Source of the DNA: Trichoplax adhaerens
Lineage: Eukaryota > Animalia > Placozoa
Length of the DNA stretch: 64,000 nucleotides
Assembly: GCF_000150275.1 (NCBI RefSeq)
Contig: NW_002060981.1
Coordinates: forward strand, 124,001 to 188,000
Direction of reading: 5' to 3'
Below the pieces are notes generated by a model that searched no databases, was not told the DNA's origin, and was given only the letters and a program-made list of their open reading frames with translations. Positions 13,401 through 31,713 of this stretch are shown here, piece by piece; within the stretch, counting starts at the first letter, position 1, and every line of letters begins with the position of its first letter. Position numbers and translations under genes: made by a program.

Positions 13401-15052
13401 TATCTAAAGCAATGCATAATTTTTCTTTCCTTATTCTCCATTTGTAAACAGAGACTGAAAAATTTTAACCTTTACTTAAAGGAAGTAAAGCTTGGCTCAT
13501 GTATCGTAATATCTACGTTACTTGATATGATAATTTTTGAATAGGCTAACTTTGAATAAGATAGAATTGGATTACCAAGAACTGGATTAGCTTTGACTGA
13601 AAGTAAATTTTTCTAAGTAAAACCATGAATGAATTAGCCATACTGTTTTCAGTTGATCATATATTAATACTTTATCGTTTATCCGTGTTTGCTATAGCCA
13701 GTCGAATAAAATAAAAACGTAAATATTTTATTCGACAAATGGTGCATTTTTAAATTATTTACAACTAGTTTCTTCATTACATCAAATCCAGTCAAATTCT
13801 TAACAACGTAAAGCCAATATGATTTTGTATCTAGTTTTAAGGCTATAAGAAATATTTTAAAATGTCAATGCTTTTGTGACATTTCGAAAGTAATGTAACG
13901 CTATTGTCTAGTGGATAGCCCATTAAGGAAATATTAAACTATCCTGAATTCTAATATTTAGTCTCGTTGATATAATTTAATGAATGTGACGATGTTTCTC
14001 ATAAACTGAGGAGTTATCATTGATTAGATAAAATATATATATCTGTATAGATTTCACTATTGAATTGTAGTCTGCATTTCTGAAGAATCATTCATTCATG
14101 TGAAATAAACATATGTAATATGCTACTTGTGGTCTGCACAGTTGGAGTTTTACGTACAATGGCTATCCTTATTTGTCATGTTGAATATGCCATCAATTTC
14201 CTACTATGCAGTAACTTATAGAAGTACTCGAATGCTCTTTAATGCTAGAAGCAATCCATGCATAAGCTTTTGAGAAGACTAGTTTTAGTAGTCATTGTGC
14301 AATTAATTGTAACATGTATTGCATAATAGAGACAGTTGACAGAAGTATAGAATTACCTAGTAGCTCAATATAGAATAGTACTCTTATATGTACTTTGCGT
14401 AGAAGATGTACACTATCGCTACTATGGAGTTAATCTGGTGTGCATGAGGCCGTTCCATATTAGAAATGATTCGCACATGCGATTAATTGGCTTAAAATAC
14501 GCTTCACAAATGACCAAATTACTTACGCCAGTAACATAAAACAATCTGGAAGGGAAAAATTTCTTCATATTGAATGCCTTACAGTCTTATCAAAAGTCGA
14601 ATATAATATTTGTGATTAATGACGAAAATTATAGTCAGGCTAAATATGATTAGATAGCTCATGTCATAAGTTCTAATATATCATAGTCAAATTGATAACT
14701 TTCGTAGTAGAAGCAGCTATTTATCGGATTTAAAAACTAAAATAATAGATGTTGCTAATTGCATGATTGTGCTTATATTCAATGACTAGTGATATTTACT
14801 GTGCTGTATAATCAATGTATTGCGGAAAGAGCTCAACTAGCCACTAGTATCTTATACAATTTGCGCTTATATTACGATTAGAAATTTTTGAAACACATAA
14901 AAATTAAACTTTATCATACTAAGGAACTGGTTCAGATGGTTCGCAGACTATTGCACCGGCAGCTTTAAGAGAATAAAAATGTTTAAAATGCTTGAATAAA
15001 ATGGATTGAATTTCAATGATTTTACATCATAATTTGCAAACGCAAGGAGATT

Positions 15053-19367
<4,315 letters not shown>

Positions 19368-20066
19368 GGCGGTTGTAATCTTCTTCTCGATGAGATGAAC
19401 GGAATAGAGTGCTGGTAAAAGAGATCAAAATAGTATGATTACTGAGTACAGATAGGCGAAAAGATTCATTTACATTCCATGATGGGCGTACTAATACGGT
19501 CATTTGCATTTTGTACAGTACAGTAGTTCAGAACTTCAGAATTGCTCAGTCAACAGCTACCGTAATGAATGTTTATATAACAGGCAAATGGTTTGACCGA
19601 TTAGCGTATCATGTACTGTACAGTACTGAACGTTTTGATTGCATTTGTACAGTAGGAATGTCATGATAGAGAATATTCCTGCTCGATCTAACAACAGCTT
19701 TGCTGATCGACTAAAAATACGCCGACAACACTCAATATCACATTACGGCTAGATGTAAGATCAATCAATTTTCTTCCTCATTCAATACCACAAAGTTGTA
19801 TCCTATCGTGACCCGCAAATACCGCTTACATTTGGCAAATTTGAAATGGCAAGAAGTGATCATGCCCTACGCTAACTATGCGATTATCATCCTTGTATGT
19901 ACGTTAAAATTACTTTGGGCATGCTATCAAGAAATTAGCATAGTTAACATACGTATCTTGGCAGTTATCGACGTAACCGGAGGCAAGTAGCAGAAAAAGT
20001 AAATTTCTAATTGGAATGGTTTAAAATTCAAATTCAAATACAACAAATTTTGGGGGATTGAAAATC

Positions 20067-20385
20067 CTGTACAGTACAGTATACTGTATCAAAACTTTGA
20101 CTCACTTACAGTACAGTTGTGGTGAAGATACTGTACTGTACACTGTACATTGTACAAGGGTGTCTCATAAGTCTTTCCCGCTGTTGAAAATTATATGAAA
20201 TTTTTATTGCATATAATTATTAGACAAATTTGGTATCATTTGATTGGAAAGAAGATGAAATGGTACGATACCACAATGTACTGTAGCCAATTTGTACAGT
20301 ACTGTACAGTACTGTACACTGTACTTTACAGTACTGTACTGTACAGTATTACTATTTTACAGTATACAGTACACTGTACTGCACT
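20067..20385. repeat. TACAG/CTGTA pentamer low-complexity array (ETNPPL-EFHC1 divergent promoter, block 1)
   Basis: Runs such as TGTACAGTACTGTACAGTACTGTACACTGTAC; self-complementary units CAGTACTG and TGTACA. Confidence 0.85.
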
Positions 20386-20852
20386 TCATTAGATTAGGGG
20401 ACTTGCCGTGCGATAAGAAGAAAGCTGACTACAGTATGATCCACACCACGTCCACATGGGAGCAGAATTAGTGGAATAGGTAATCATGATGACAAGGAAT
20501 CTACGAGTGGCTGGCATACTGGTTCAGTACTGTACTGTACTGTATACAGACGGTGCGGTCTTAGGCAGAAAAATACAAACAATTGTTTTGGGTAGTGACG
20601 TCATAAGCAAGAGGCACGTAATCAATTCCCAAGCAAACTGGGCGATAAGCCAGAATTTTACGTCAGCGATATTTAGACGTCCGGGTTAAATTGACCTTAG
20701 CGTCTTTTCGGTAAGGGTATGGTCATGACAGCTATTACCATGAAATAGGATCAGCTTTATTCTATACGATTACAACAAAAATGGGTGGAAAATCATTGGA
20801 AAATATCTTGATATCACACTTAGAAATCTCAAATGACTTTCCACCCACCCTC

Positions 20853-20940
20853 AGTACTGTACAGTACTGTACACTGTACTGTAGTACCCTAAACCTAACC
20901 CTAACGTTACGGTACTGTACTGTACAGTGTACAGTACATA
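20853..20940. repeat. TACAG/CTGTA array (block 2) with an embedded telomere-like CCCTAAACCTAACCCTAAC
   Basis: Read directly from the sequence; a short further block lies at ~20525-20548. Confidence 0.8.
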
Positions 20941-20994
20941 CCACGGTAGGTCCGGCGTCTTGGACTGTGAGAAGTCTGCAAAACAGAATGTTTG

Positions 20995-21007
20995 GTATCT
21001 TAGCAAC
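20995..21007 (+). promoter_or_regulatory. Candidate RFX X-box upstream of the ciliary gene EFHC1
   Basis: GTATCTTAGCAAC has a strong TAGCAAC half-site about 180 bp upstream of the EFHC1 ATG. RFX control of ciliary genes is established in animals. Confidence 0.4.
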
Positions 21008-21185
21008 AGTACATAATTGTTTTGCTTCACTACTGCTTATATTGAAGTTAAATTGCCAACACAAAATCACATCAATTAATGAAAGTTAGTGCTGAAGCTA
21101 GACACCTACATCGTCAGCAATTTTTTTCCATATTGCTTTGCAAAATTTTCAACTATTAGAACTGATCGTTTCAACCAACATCAAA

Positions 21186-24100
21186 ATGTCCGGATTACCT
21201 CTCTTACCTGGAAACAGTTTTCGTGATCCTACAGTAAGTTACAATATTAATGCTTTTAGTGCTTCGTACTTTGGAGTTATGTCGTACATCATTGATAAAT
21301 CCAGTTTTAAAATTGTCTTGAAAGATTCTAATAATACATCTAAACGTTATGTCCTGATCTAAATTCACGCACATACAGTACAATATAAACATATTATCAG
21401 TACTCTAATAACAACTTCATCCTTACTTGGCAATCAGTGCGCCAGTTTAAAAAACATTCATATATTGCGGTCATAATTTAGACATCGAATTATACGGTTA
21501 TATATCGTAATGTGTCCAATTAATGTAGAAGCTAAGATATTTATTATAGATACTAGACTATCCATTATTCTACATCATAGAGAATGACCTGTAATGTTTT
21601 ATATCTAAACTGTTGTCTGATTTTATATTGCAGAAAACCAAGTATCATAAGCCTCAAACTTTAGGCTTCAGGAATGGATATACGGTTACTCCACCACCAA
21701 AAGCCGGCATTGGAGGTGAAAAATTAACAACAACTTTATATGATGAACTTCCCAATCTTTCTCAATTGGCTATAAACAAACCAGAGATGATATATGGGCA
21801 AGCTAATCAAGCCCCTGAGGAGGATTACATACCCGCACATGTTGCATTCGATAAAAAAGTGAGCCATTTTATAGTTCTAATATTCTGCCATAGCTTTATT
21901 ACAATAGTACATCTGAAACTATTGAGTTACTCTGTAAAGTAACCTTTTACTGCCAATATTTTGTAGGTACTATGTTTTCAAGCATTTTACAAACAAGCTG
22001 TCCATGAATCAGCAGATGAATACTATCGAATACGATTTGTGAAAATTTATTACTATTTGGAAGATGATTCCATCGCAATTGTTGAACCACCGATGAGAAA
22101 TAGGTACTTAACTTTATGAGATGATATTGTTAATTGAGTAGAATAGCCTACTCCCAAGATTGTTTTTCACTGACTGATAATACTACTGATGTAAATAGCG
22201 GAATGCCGCAAGGTAAACTATTAAAGCGACAACGTTTACCAAAAGATGATTTCGGTAGCACATGGCATTGGAAAGACATTAATCTTGGTGTTAATTTATC
22301 AACTTACGGAAAAGTCTTTCATATCTATGACTGTGATAAATTCACCCAGGTTTGCATTATCAGATAATTCGAAATGCAATTCTTCAACGCGCATAATTGA
22401 TTATCGTGTCATCTTAGGATTATTTGGAAAGTGAAGGTATCGTCATGAACCCTCCAGAAATTCCAGCCCCTGATCCTTATATCGAAAAAAGAAATACTCA
22501 GCAAAGAACTTTTGCAACCAAGTCAGATGAAGACAAATTGAAAAAATTTCTAACGCTTGATAAGAAAGTATTAAGATTTTTCTGCATTTGGGATGATCGT
22601 GACAATATGTTTGGTGAATTGAGGCCATTCGTAAGTTTATTACTCTCACTAATATTTATTAATTAGTGACGTTGATATCTTATATGATCTAGTCACTCGA
22701 TAAGGAACCATTCCATAAATTTTAATAGGTCCTTCATTATTATTTGGTTGACGACACGATTGAAATTCGTGAAGTTCGACAGCAAAATAGTGGACGCGAT
22801 CCATTCCCTTCACTCATGTCAAGGCAAAAAATACCATTGAATCGGAATTCAATTCCTTGTAAGCAAATGGCTGTTACTCTTGATATTGTTTATGATTTCA
22901 ATTTATCCATGCCATGTATCGTATGACTATTTATTTTAAGCTAACGTACTGTTTTGAATGATTAGCGTCATTTCCAACATCGGTGCTAGAGTTATCCAGT
23001 CAGGAATTGAAAGACTACATAGTTCCATCAGACCTCAGAATTGGTAGAACCTTGAATATTCTAGGTCGAAGATTCCTATTGTATCCTTTGTTATTTTTAC
23101 TATCCAATTGAAAGTAATACTAAAAATTCAATGGATAAAATAGTTTAAGCCGCAAAACGCTTAGAACTGTTACATAATACAGGATTAATCACTTATGAAA
23201 CTTGACGAGAAAGACTCCTTGACTGCTTACTTACTAGATATGATTGCGATCTTTTCACTCAAAATTATTATTATCAACATTATAATATAACTGATTTCAC
23301 ACCTATTGATGTGATGGAAAAGCGTCCACCTCCACCTAGAAAGGTACGATCACCAAGTAGTATAAGTAGTACAGATTTAAATATTAATTTTGCTATTAGC
23401 AATTTATGATCACTATAACTGATTTAAATAACTGCTTTATAGGAAATTCCACCATATAATGGTTTTGGCAGTCTTGAAGATTCAGAACAATCTTGTAAGA
23501 CCTTGATACCACAGCCTCCAAAGAAAGATTTTATGAAAATGCTTGAATTCAACAATGTTATTCTTCGTTATGAAGCTAAATATGTAAGTTCTACTGTCAC
23601 CTACCATTCTATGTATGCAAATTTTGTAAGCTGTCCGTTACGATAATGTTTACGGTCGCCGTTTCAGATTAGTCACTTTCGTTAATATTGAGGGAATATT
23701 AACTCCTTACTTCAGGTGAACCCGAGTCCAGAAGATGCTACTCGTCGATTTGTCTTTACATATCGGTTAGCGGATGACTTGATGCTTATCTATGAGCCAC
23801 GCCAGAGGTAAGATTTAGAAATAACTTTTCAGCTTCAAATCGAAATACTATTGTTCAAGATACTTCCAATAAAATCTATAGCACTATCTCATGAATTAAT
23901 AGATGCGTCCTCTTTTCTCAGAAATTCTGGAATAATAGGTGGAAAATTCTTAGAGAGAACTAGAGTGGTAAAACCTGGGTGTGATCCAAATAGACCAGAA
24001 TATTATGGCCCTAAAGATTTTACTATTGGATCAGTTGTTGTTGTTTATGGTCACAAGTTTGTTATAACCGATGCTGATGATTATGTATTCCGCTACATCG

Positions 24101-24850
24101 AAGAAAATCCAGATCAATTTCCATCCGATATCATCGAATCGATGCGAAAATATAAAATCGGAAAAGATAAAATTCGAGATGAGAAAAAACAGATTGAATC
24201 AAAAAAGACAAAAAATATGGCGGCTCCTGTGAGAAAGTATGTATTTTATCATAGTAATACATTTCTATTAATTAATTTTATTTATCATGGACATCTACTA
24301 GTTCACATCGGGCTGATATGACTCTCAAATTATGAAACAGCTCATTCTATAAAAGACTTAATAAGTTAACACTATACCCGTAGTGATATAGATCATTTAC
24401 TATCTTGAATTAATCTTGAACAGTGAACAAGAATTAGACGAATTGGTACGTACAATCCAAGCGCAACTGAAACGTGAAAATTACATGAACAGCCATTCAT
24501 TACAGGAAGCCTTTTTGCAATGTGATAAAGATCGATCTGGAAGAATTGACCGGGATGAGCTTGCTACATTATGCGAGAAATTTAATTTACCATGTGATGC
24601 CCAGCTTCTGCGAACTGTAAGTAAATTTGATTTACTGTTAAACTTGAAAAAACCTGCCTGTAGCAACACTGCTCAGGAATTTGAGCTATTTTAATATTAC
24701 TGTATATTGCACTTTAGATAGTATCAAGTCATCAATAATTGTTTTCTAACGTTAGTATTTTTATTTCTTCAGCTTATTAATAGATGCGATATGAATAACG
24801 ATGGTTTGATCGACTATTGGGAATTCAGTCGATTCTTAAACTGGAATTAA
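21186..24850 (+). CDS. EFHC1: EF-hand domain-containing protein 1 (Rib72/myoclonin; 3 DM10 domains + C-terminal EF-hands)
   Basis: 13 exons (approx. 21186-21233, 21634-21858, 21968-22103, 22199-22349, 22419-22630, 22729-22858, 22967-23080, 23238-23343, 23443-23583, 23716-23807, 23921-24237, 24424-24616, 24773-24850). Motifs: [114 protein letters not shown]. Confidence 0.95.
23081..23237 (+). other. U12-type (minor spliceosome) GT-AG intron in EFHC1
   Basis: 5' splice site GTATCCTTT; branch point TCCTTGAC at 23216-23223, close to the AG at 23236-23237. Splicing restores GRRFLL/YDCD. Confidence 0.85.
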
Positions 24851-26054
24851 TCAGTAATTCTAACTTAAAACTTTATCTTGGTAATATTCCAGCATTTATT
24901 ATGCAAGGATTTACGTTAATACGTACTGTAATATATGCAAGATCATGATTGAAACACTATTACTGTTTACGATGTGGTCTGGTATGATTGTTAAACTATC
25001 TTAATAAGTAATACGTATGACCGTAAAATTTTTGGCCTTTTTGATTGTAAATTTCAACATACGCGTATTTCATAGTTTAGTGTCACGAGTACATAAATGC
25101 GATATTGAGCTGGTGTGTTTCTGTTTTCACGCTGTGCAGTGTCAAGTCCTGATAATGTTATTATTAGCGATGATAATTCGATTCTTATTGGGTTCTGAAT
25201 AGCATAACACATAGCATATGCCTGTTAGTTAATCATTAACATTAATATGTCATGGTCGTAATATAAAGTGCCAAAAATAAAGACAAGCTAGTTTCCCAAA
25301 TTCAAGCCACTTACGCGTATCAGTTTGCTTCAATAAGTTAGTAATGCTATTTATACGTGATCTACAAAGTTCACTACTGTCAGTAATTGTGATTTATTAC
25401 AATGAGATGATGGCCATTAACTTCTTTCAGAAGCAAGTACATACAATTTATTTTTCCACCTTAACATGCTAACAATTTCGTATATTATACAGTCAAAAAT
25501 ATGCAAGTTTATGGCTATAAATATGCACTAATAATCGTCAAATAAATTCTAGTATCGAGCTTGATTACGTATTAATACAGTACTAGCGCCGAAAATGTTT
25601 GTTATTACAAGGATTATATAGCAAAAGTGATATTTCGCTGGTTACGAACTCCCACAGAGAACAAAGATGGGCAAAGCCGTAAAATGATTATACTGGTAGT
25701 CAATGAAAGAATAGATAATAAGTACAATGTCCTATAGGAAATCATGATATCAGAATCCAACTGATGAAAATTTTAATACATTGATCAGTGCTATTAATCA
25801 AAAATTGATATTGAGGTTAAGGTAAACAGTCCTACTTAGTGCTGTTTCGTAATATAGTTAGCAATTATTGAATTGTAGGTAATTATTAGAGCATATAATC
25901 CGCAATAACATTTTGGCATCATAATGTCATTCTCGGTGGAAAATACTTTGATGCTAGGGCGCTGCGACCATGGGTAACAGCGCTAGTTTTTCTTTAGCGA
26001 TAAAGCTAGACCGCCACAAGTTGCACACTGTACGTATGAGGTAATTACAATAAA

Positions 26055-29000
26055 CTAATTATTAACACTGACATCAGTCCTCCGCCGTCTAGTATTCGAT
26101 CGAAGACCGTACGATCCATTTTGGGCTTTTCTATGATTTGAAGTCCGATATTTTGGAGACGTGTCACTACTATCTTCGTCAACATTGTCACGATTTCGCA
26201 ATGCTTTCCTTGCGAATTCATTAGCTGTACCACTTAGATCTTGAGCCCCAGATCGTCGACGAGTTCCAAGTTTTCTCTGAGCATCAATAAGTAAAAAGAG
26301 TTTGTTACTTTATCGAAATTATAACTGTGCAGATTGCAGTTTTATTTCATACTGGCGATCGGCAAACTTACCCCACGAATTTTTGCGATCATAACGAATA
26401 TATAAGTTATCACCAGACAGTATACAGCCTGTAAATGATACAGTAAAGTTGCTTAGATAGGTCATAAATATGAAATTAGTCACACCGATTACGAATTCAG
26501 GTCAAAGCTACCTGAAAGATGACCCACAAGCCAATTTTAATTACGTCAGCTTTTGCAAATAATTCAGGTGCAAATTTCAGACAAATTAGGAATTCGATAA
26601 GTGTGATTGCTCTGTAGAGTAAATTTGATCTTATAAGGCATATTTTAAAATTTTTATTGTAGTTGTATTGGTATACTTACATATCTATACTTACAAAAAA
26701 ATCCAGCATTGTGTACCCAAGCTCCTGGATCTAGCGTCCGTAGTATATACGTAATATTGCCTATAAGTGATTTCGATGTAAAGATAACATGGTAGTATAA
26801 GTAATTTACTACTGAACTGTACTTCAAAGAGCTAATGAAGAGTTGATTATGTAATTAATCAGGATTGAATATTATTTTACTTTATAGACGGGGAAACAAT
26901 TGCACCAATTAGCAGCAAGCGATAAGTATTGAGCATATTATATATAGGAACCATAAGGATGTGCTTTAGTAGAAAGGTATTTAATTCTGATATCTGAAAA
27001 TAAGATAATATTCCAAGGAAAATTAGCCGTACAAAAATCATGTTTGTTTATTTTAAGTCATGGACAGTTTTGTTCCCTAAAGGAAGCAAGTAATAAGCCG
27101 TACCTGCCACACAAAAAGTAACTGCCATACATACATTATTCGCATAACTGTGCTTGTTGGTTCAAACCATCTTACGGGTTGAAAACTGAAAAAACATAGC
27201 AAAGTAGAGTCAATTGGAAGGTCGTCATAAGATAGTAGATGGTATGAAATGATATTTACATTAGTCTTTACCTTTCAGGACCAAACTGCATAATTACCCT
27301 TCTAATTTTACCGCTAGTTGTATGAATATCCCTACAGAAATCACGAACATAGAAATTTCTAATCATTGACGCGAATATATAAACACAAGAATTCAAACCG
27401 AAATTACTAACTTGACACTTTCCCAGTGATACGATGCCATTTCAAGTTTGCGGCAAATGAATAAGCCCACAAATATGCCAAGTCCATTGCACAATAGTAC
27501 GTCAAGTATAATCATGTCCCACCAGCATTCAGCAAAGTTAGGTAATAAATGTTTGAAGGCTAGCTAAAAGTAGCATCAAAGCCTTTAAGCTAAATAGCCT
27601 GCATATGTAGATGTGCAGTGTTACATCCAATATATTTTAAACTGCTATCATACCTCTGTTATTTCCCATAGAACGCTAATTGCCCAAAGTATACCAGCAT
27701 GGCGTAAGAATAGTGCCTTAAAAACCCAACCAATAAAGTGAGCGAAAGCATAAATATCAAGGCACTCCCAAAGACGATAAAAAGAAAAGGCGCAGTTGGT
27801 TGCCCACGACTAGGAACGCGGCGGCGTAAATAGAAACGAAAAATAAACGTTTCATTAATTACATGGAGTATAAAGGAATGTAGGGTATACATTTTGTAAA
27901 AAATTTTTACCTTGTTTTCTGGTTTAACGTCTAATAATTCTGGATATAACCAGCCTAGCATGGCTCTTACGTCACTCAGTTTTTGAAAGAGAATGAATGT
28001 TAATCCTAAAAGGTATATTAAGCTAATTCCTAATTAGAAAATAAATCAGTAAGTTCCGGTTACAATATTGAAGCAGTATTATTAAATTTTGTTATATACC
28101 ATTGAATTAAAATAATAGTAGTAACTTATTATTGGTAAGGAATTATACATTCATGATTTAGTAATAAAACTCACCAAATACCACCCTCCAAACTAATGGA
28201 TGAGGTCGAATGTAAGGGCCTATTTTAGTAATAGCAAATAGTGAGATTTATTGACTAGAAGTTGTATCAAATTTCGTAATGCTGTACTTAGAAATTGCAT
28301 ATTCAATTACTTATAATATATTACAACAATATTAGCTAAAGGACGAGAATTACAGTTTTACGTTATCATATTCCAAATAGAGTACTAGTAGTACATCGAT
28401 TACTGAATTTTAGTATTGTTTGATCGTCACGACGACATTAAAAAATGGAGCATCTGCATAGAAATTGGTTTACTGTAAGGTACGCAAAAGATAGAATAAT
28501 ACACGTATTAAGAGAACATGCAAGTTAGATAGTCCAGCACTTGAGGCAAATATAACACATAAGCACATGGCCAAAACTGATGATGCGTAGCGGACAAGGT
28601 TGGATGATGCCAATGTAAGAGAATTTAGAGTTAGAGCCAAGTGTATTGTTGAGCCGTTATTTATAGCCAAGTATTTTAAATAAGCTTATCATCCTGCAAC
28701 TTGGTATTCTATCATTAATTATTCTTACCGTTAGGGAAACACATCAAACTCACGATAAGGAATAGAAAAGTGACGCAAAACAGTCCCGAAGCGATGTTGT
28801 CCTCACGATTAACATTTGGATTTCTATCGGATATGTTATAATTAGTATAACAAGAAAACTTTAGATCTAGTCTGTACTGATGTGGTATTCATTAGCATAT
28901 TTCATATAGAAGAAACTATAGTGACGATTAGCTTCTAAGGCAGTGTAGTCGTAAAAAGAGAATACTACCACTACCATGTTACTCAGATTTTCCACTTTTG

Positions 29001-30610
29001 TTGTAATCTACAGTGGTAAGCTATCTTAATCTTAATGGAAAGTGCTGTAATTTATCGTGGGTATGCATCTGATCTTACTCGCCGATAGATAAGTTTATAA
29101 GAAATTTATGGCACCTGTGAGATGACGAATGTCCAATAAATCAACTATGTTTCAGATTCAACGGCTTCATTCCAGATACAGTATGTTGATTGTAAAATTG
29201 ACAAGTTATAAAATCAGCCATTAAGCTAAATCATTCTATTTCATTTAATGAATGAAACAGTGTTTACAAATCGATTATCCAAGCCAAGGACTACTATCCC
29301 AGTTTGCACACTGTAAGCTATCAGAATCTTGGTTTTGACATTCTCAGGTACCATGGTCCAGCAAATGTGCAAACTGCAGACTACTGTAGCATTGTATTGT
29401 AATGTTAATAATATTTTTAGTCCTTCAAGTGCAGGACAATTAATTTACTATACGTGTACTGCACATATAATTTTTTATTGGATAGGAAAAATTGGACGAT
29501 TCAAGTAAGTTAAGCCGTTGCGGCTAACCCAATAAGCTCGAAGAGGTAGTTATTGCTCATTTAGAGACGTACTGTACAATACATCGATGAATCAAAATGG
29601 ATGGCGCAACCATAAGAGTGTATCAATGGGTAGCTGATTTATTGACATCGGTCACTGCTGTAAGCTGCTTTATAAGATATCCTGAGGTACAGTGGTCTGG
29701 AAAACTTGCAATTGATATCATCATGTTATCACTGAATGCGCTTTGCACTTATTCAAAATGGACCACATTTCTGTGCAAACATTGGATATCATGGCATGCG
29801 ATGACTTCACGTACGCATCATAACGTTGGTAAAACTATTTTTATAAAGCAACATGGTGAGTTATCGTTCAATTGAAATGGACGAAGAGCTAATGTTGAAT
29901 ATGTCATTACTGTATTGCACTTGTGGATGCTGTAGGCATTTGTAACGTAGGAGTAATGTTATAGCAGAGCAAAGTACACTGCAGTATTGGTGGTATGTCT
30001 ATTGGTCGTCGATGGGAGATGGGCATGGATGGTCATCAATTTGTAAGTAGCAAGGCAAGGCAAGTTGCATTTTAATGATAGTTTATGGTATTGGTACAAC
30101 TAGAATGGAGGCTTAAGATTCAATTTGAGAGTATTATGTCCATTGGGTGAATAGCGATTAGTTTTATTAGACATGACGTTGGAATAGTGCAGTCTGGTAC
30201 TGCACATGTCGACATTAGCGATGTCATGCATCCTGTACGTTGTTCTCAGATGATTCGAAGTTCGCTTATCCCGATATGAATGAACATGGTGTTGCTATAA
30301 CTTTTAGGATAGTGTTGTTATTGATATTATGATTGGATAGCATTGGAGTAGAATAAATAAGTGAGATTGGGGAGAAATGGATATTATGAATATACAGTAG
30401 TCAGACTTACCTGTTAAATGCCATCATAACGACAATACCAACAGCAAAAATTAACAAGGAGATCGTTTTGGGCCTATAGAAAAAGTCCATTGTGATGTTG
30501 GATACAGTTTGCGAATGAACATTTAAGACTTCATCATCAGAGGCTGAAGTTTCTCCGGATAATGACGTTCGGTGAGTGCGAACCTTTAATCGCCGTACTG
30601 TATCTGCCAT
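26055..30610 (-). CDS. PTDSS1: Phosphatidylserine synthase (base-exchange type, PTDSS1-like)
   Basis: About 12 exons. [52 protein letters not shown] region in the ORF track plus the frame-corrected [53 protein letters not shown]; stop TAG at 26057-26055. Confidence 0.92.
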
Positions 30611-30999
30611 AATGTTTGGAAGAATGAGAATTTTAGCCTTGTGTGGTGGTTAATATGCCAATGCAATGAATGAAGAAGAATGGATGATAAGCAAGCTTTT
30701 AGAATTTCCCTCTCTCGTTGATGGATATCGTTGCAAGTAAGTGAAGCAATGGCAGGCTACAAGGTTTAGTACATCCCAAGTGAACAATGCTATTTTTCTT
30801 CTCTTTTTAGTCGTCACTGGCTAAAGTCGTGACTATTATGTCGCACAAGCAATCCAATGCTGCAACTAGATTTCAATCACGCAATGGGCAGCCAGCTAGA
30901 GCCTAGTGGCAGGTAATCATTTGCTGGTGCTAGGCTGTTATCAAATCAGAAGGCCAACCTAATACTGCAGTATGCTTTGAGTCTGCTCTACAATAGTCA

Positions 31000-31505
31000 G
31001 CACAGTACAGTACAGTACAAATAATGATATGGAGTGGTGCCATGTCAGCGATGTCCAATCATCATGCTGCAAAGGCATCATATGATAATCATGAAATGAA
31101 TAACAGTTTACAGTAATACAGTGTACAGTGAGTATTCAGTACAGTACTGAGTGCTGGATGTGCACGTTGCAAAATACTGTACAGTAAAGGTCACGTTCTT
31201 ACGGTGACCCAGAAGGGACACGTAATACTGTACGCGTTCCACAGAGTACTGTACAGTGTACAGTACTCTCTTGCGGTGTGCAGTACAGTAATGCAGTACA
31301 CAGTTTGACCAACTGTACAGCACAGTACTGTACAGTGTACAGTACAGTACACACATACTGTACAGTATGTACAGATATTTGTACAGTACAGTATACTGTA
31401 CAGTATGGTACATACTGTATTAGTGACACTATTTTTGCAAGCGACTAATTACAGTAGATATCTACTACTGCAGTACAGTACAGTATAGTTTATAGTGTAC
31501 TGTAT
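31000..31505. repeat. TACAG/CTGTA pentamer array in the PTDSS1-RPL11 divergent promoter
   Basis: Dense CAGTACAGTACTGTACAGTGTACAG runs, mostly 31108-31505, with an embedded hairpin GGTCAC...GTGACC near 31189-31209. Confidence 0.85.
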
Positions 31506-31695
31506 ATAGCTCAACGAGCTTTACTTTTCCACTTTTACTGGTAACATAATAGAATAACTTACTAGCAAAAATGATGTCATCGGTAAAGTCTACAGTACCA
31601 AGTCGACATTACGACTGTTGCACATGGTACAATGTACTTGCGGTAGGACGGCATCGCACCTGCGTAGTTAATAGGTCGAACGAGCCAGCCTCATT

Positions 31696-31704
31696 CTTTT
31701 CTCT
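31696..31704 (+). promoter_or_regulatory. 5'-TOP / TCT-like pyrimidine initiator of RPL11
   Basis: CTTTTCTCT about 10 nt before the ATG at 31714, typical of ribosomal protein genes. Confidence 0.6.
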
Positions 31705-31713
31705 GCTATCAAA

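Noticed and set aside
20895-20905. Telomerase RNA gene (CTAACCCTAAC matches the vertebrate template)
   Set aside because: The motif is buried in low-complexity repeat with no visible pseudoknot, CR4/5 or H/ACA domain; the match alone is insufficient.
20067-20940. Possible CRISPR-like repeat-spacer array
   Set aside because: There is no constant-length direct repeat with unique spacers and no cas genes; the context is eukaryotic.
20195-21089. ORFs 20195-20392, 20486-20689, 20762-21070, 20781-21089 (Y/C/T/V/L/Q-rich)
   Set aside because: These are translations of the TACAG repeat arrays, which lack stops in some frames; they have no protein-like features.
31108-31429. ORFs 31108-31413 and 31199-31429
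   Set aside because: Same repeat-translation artefact.
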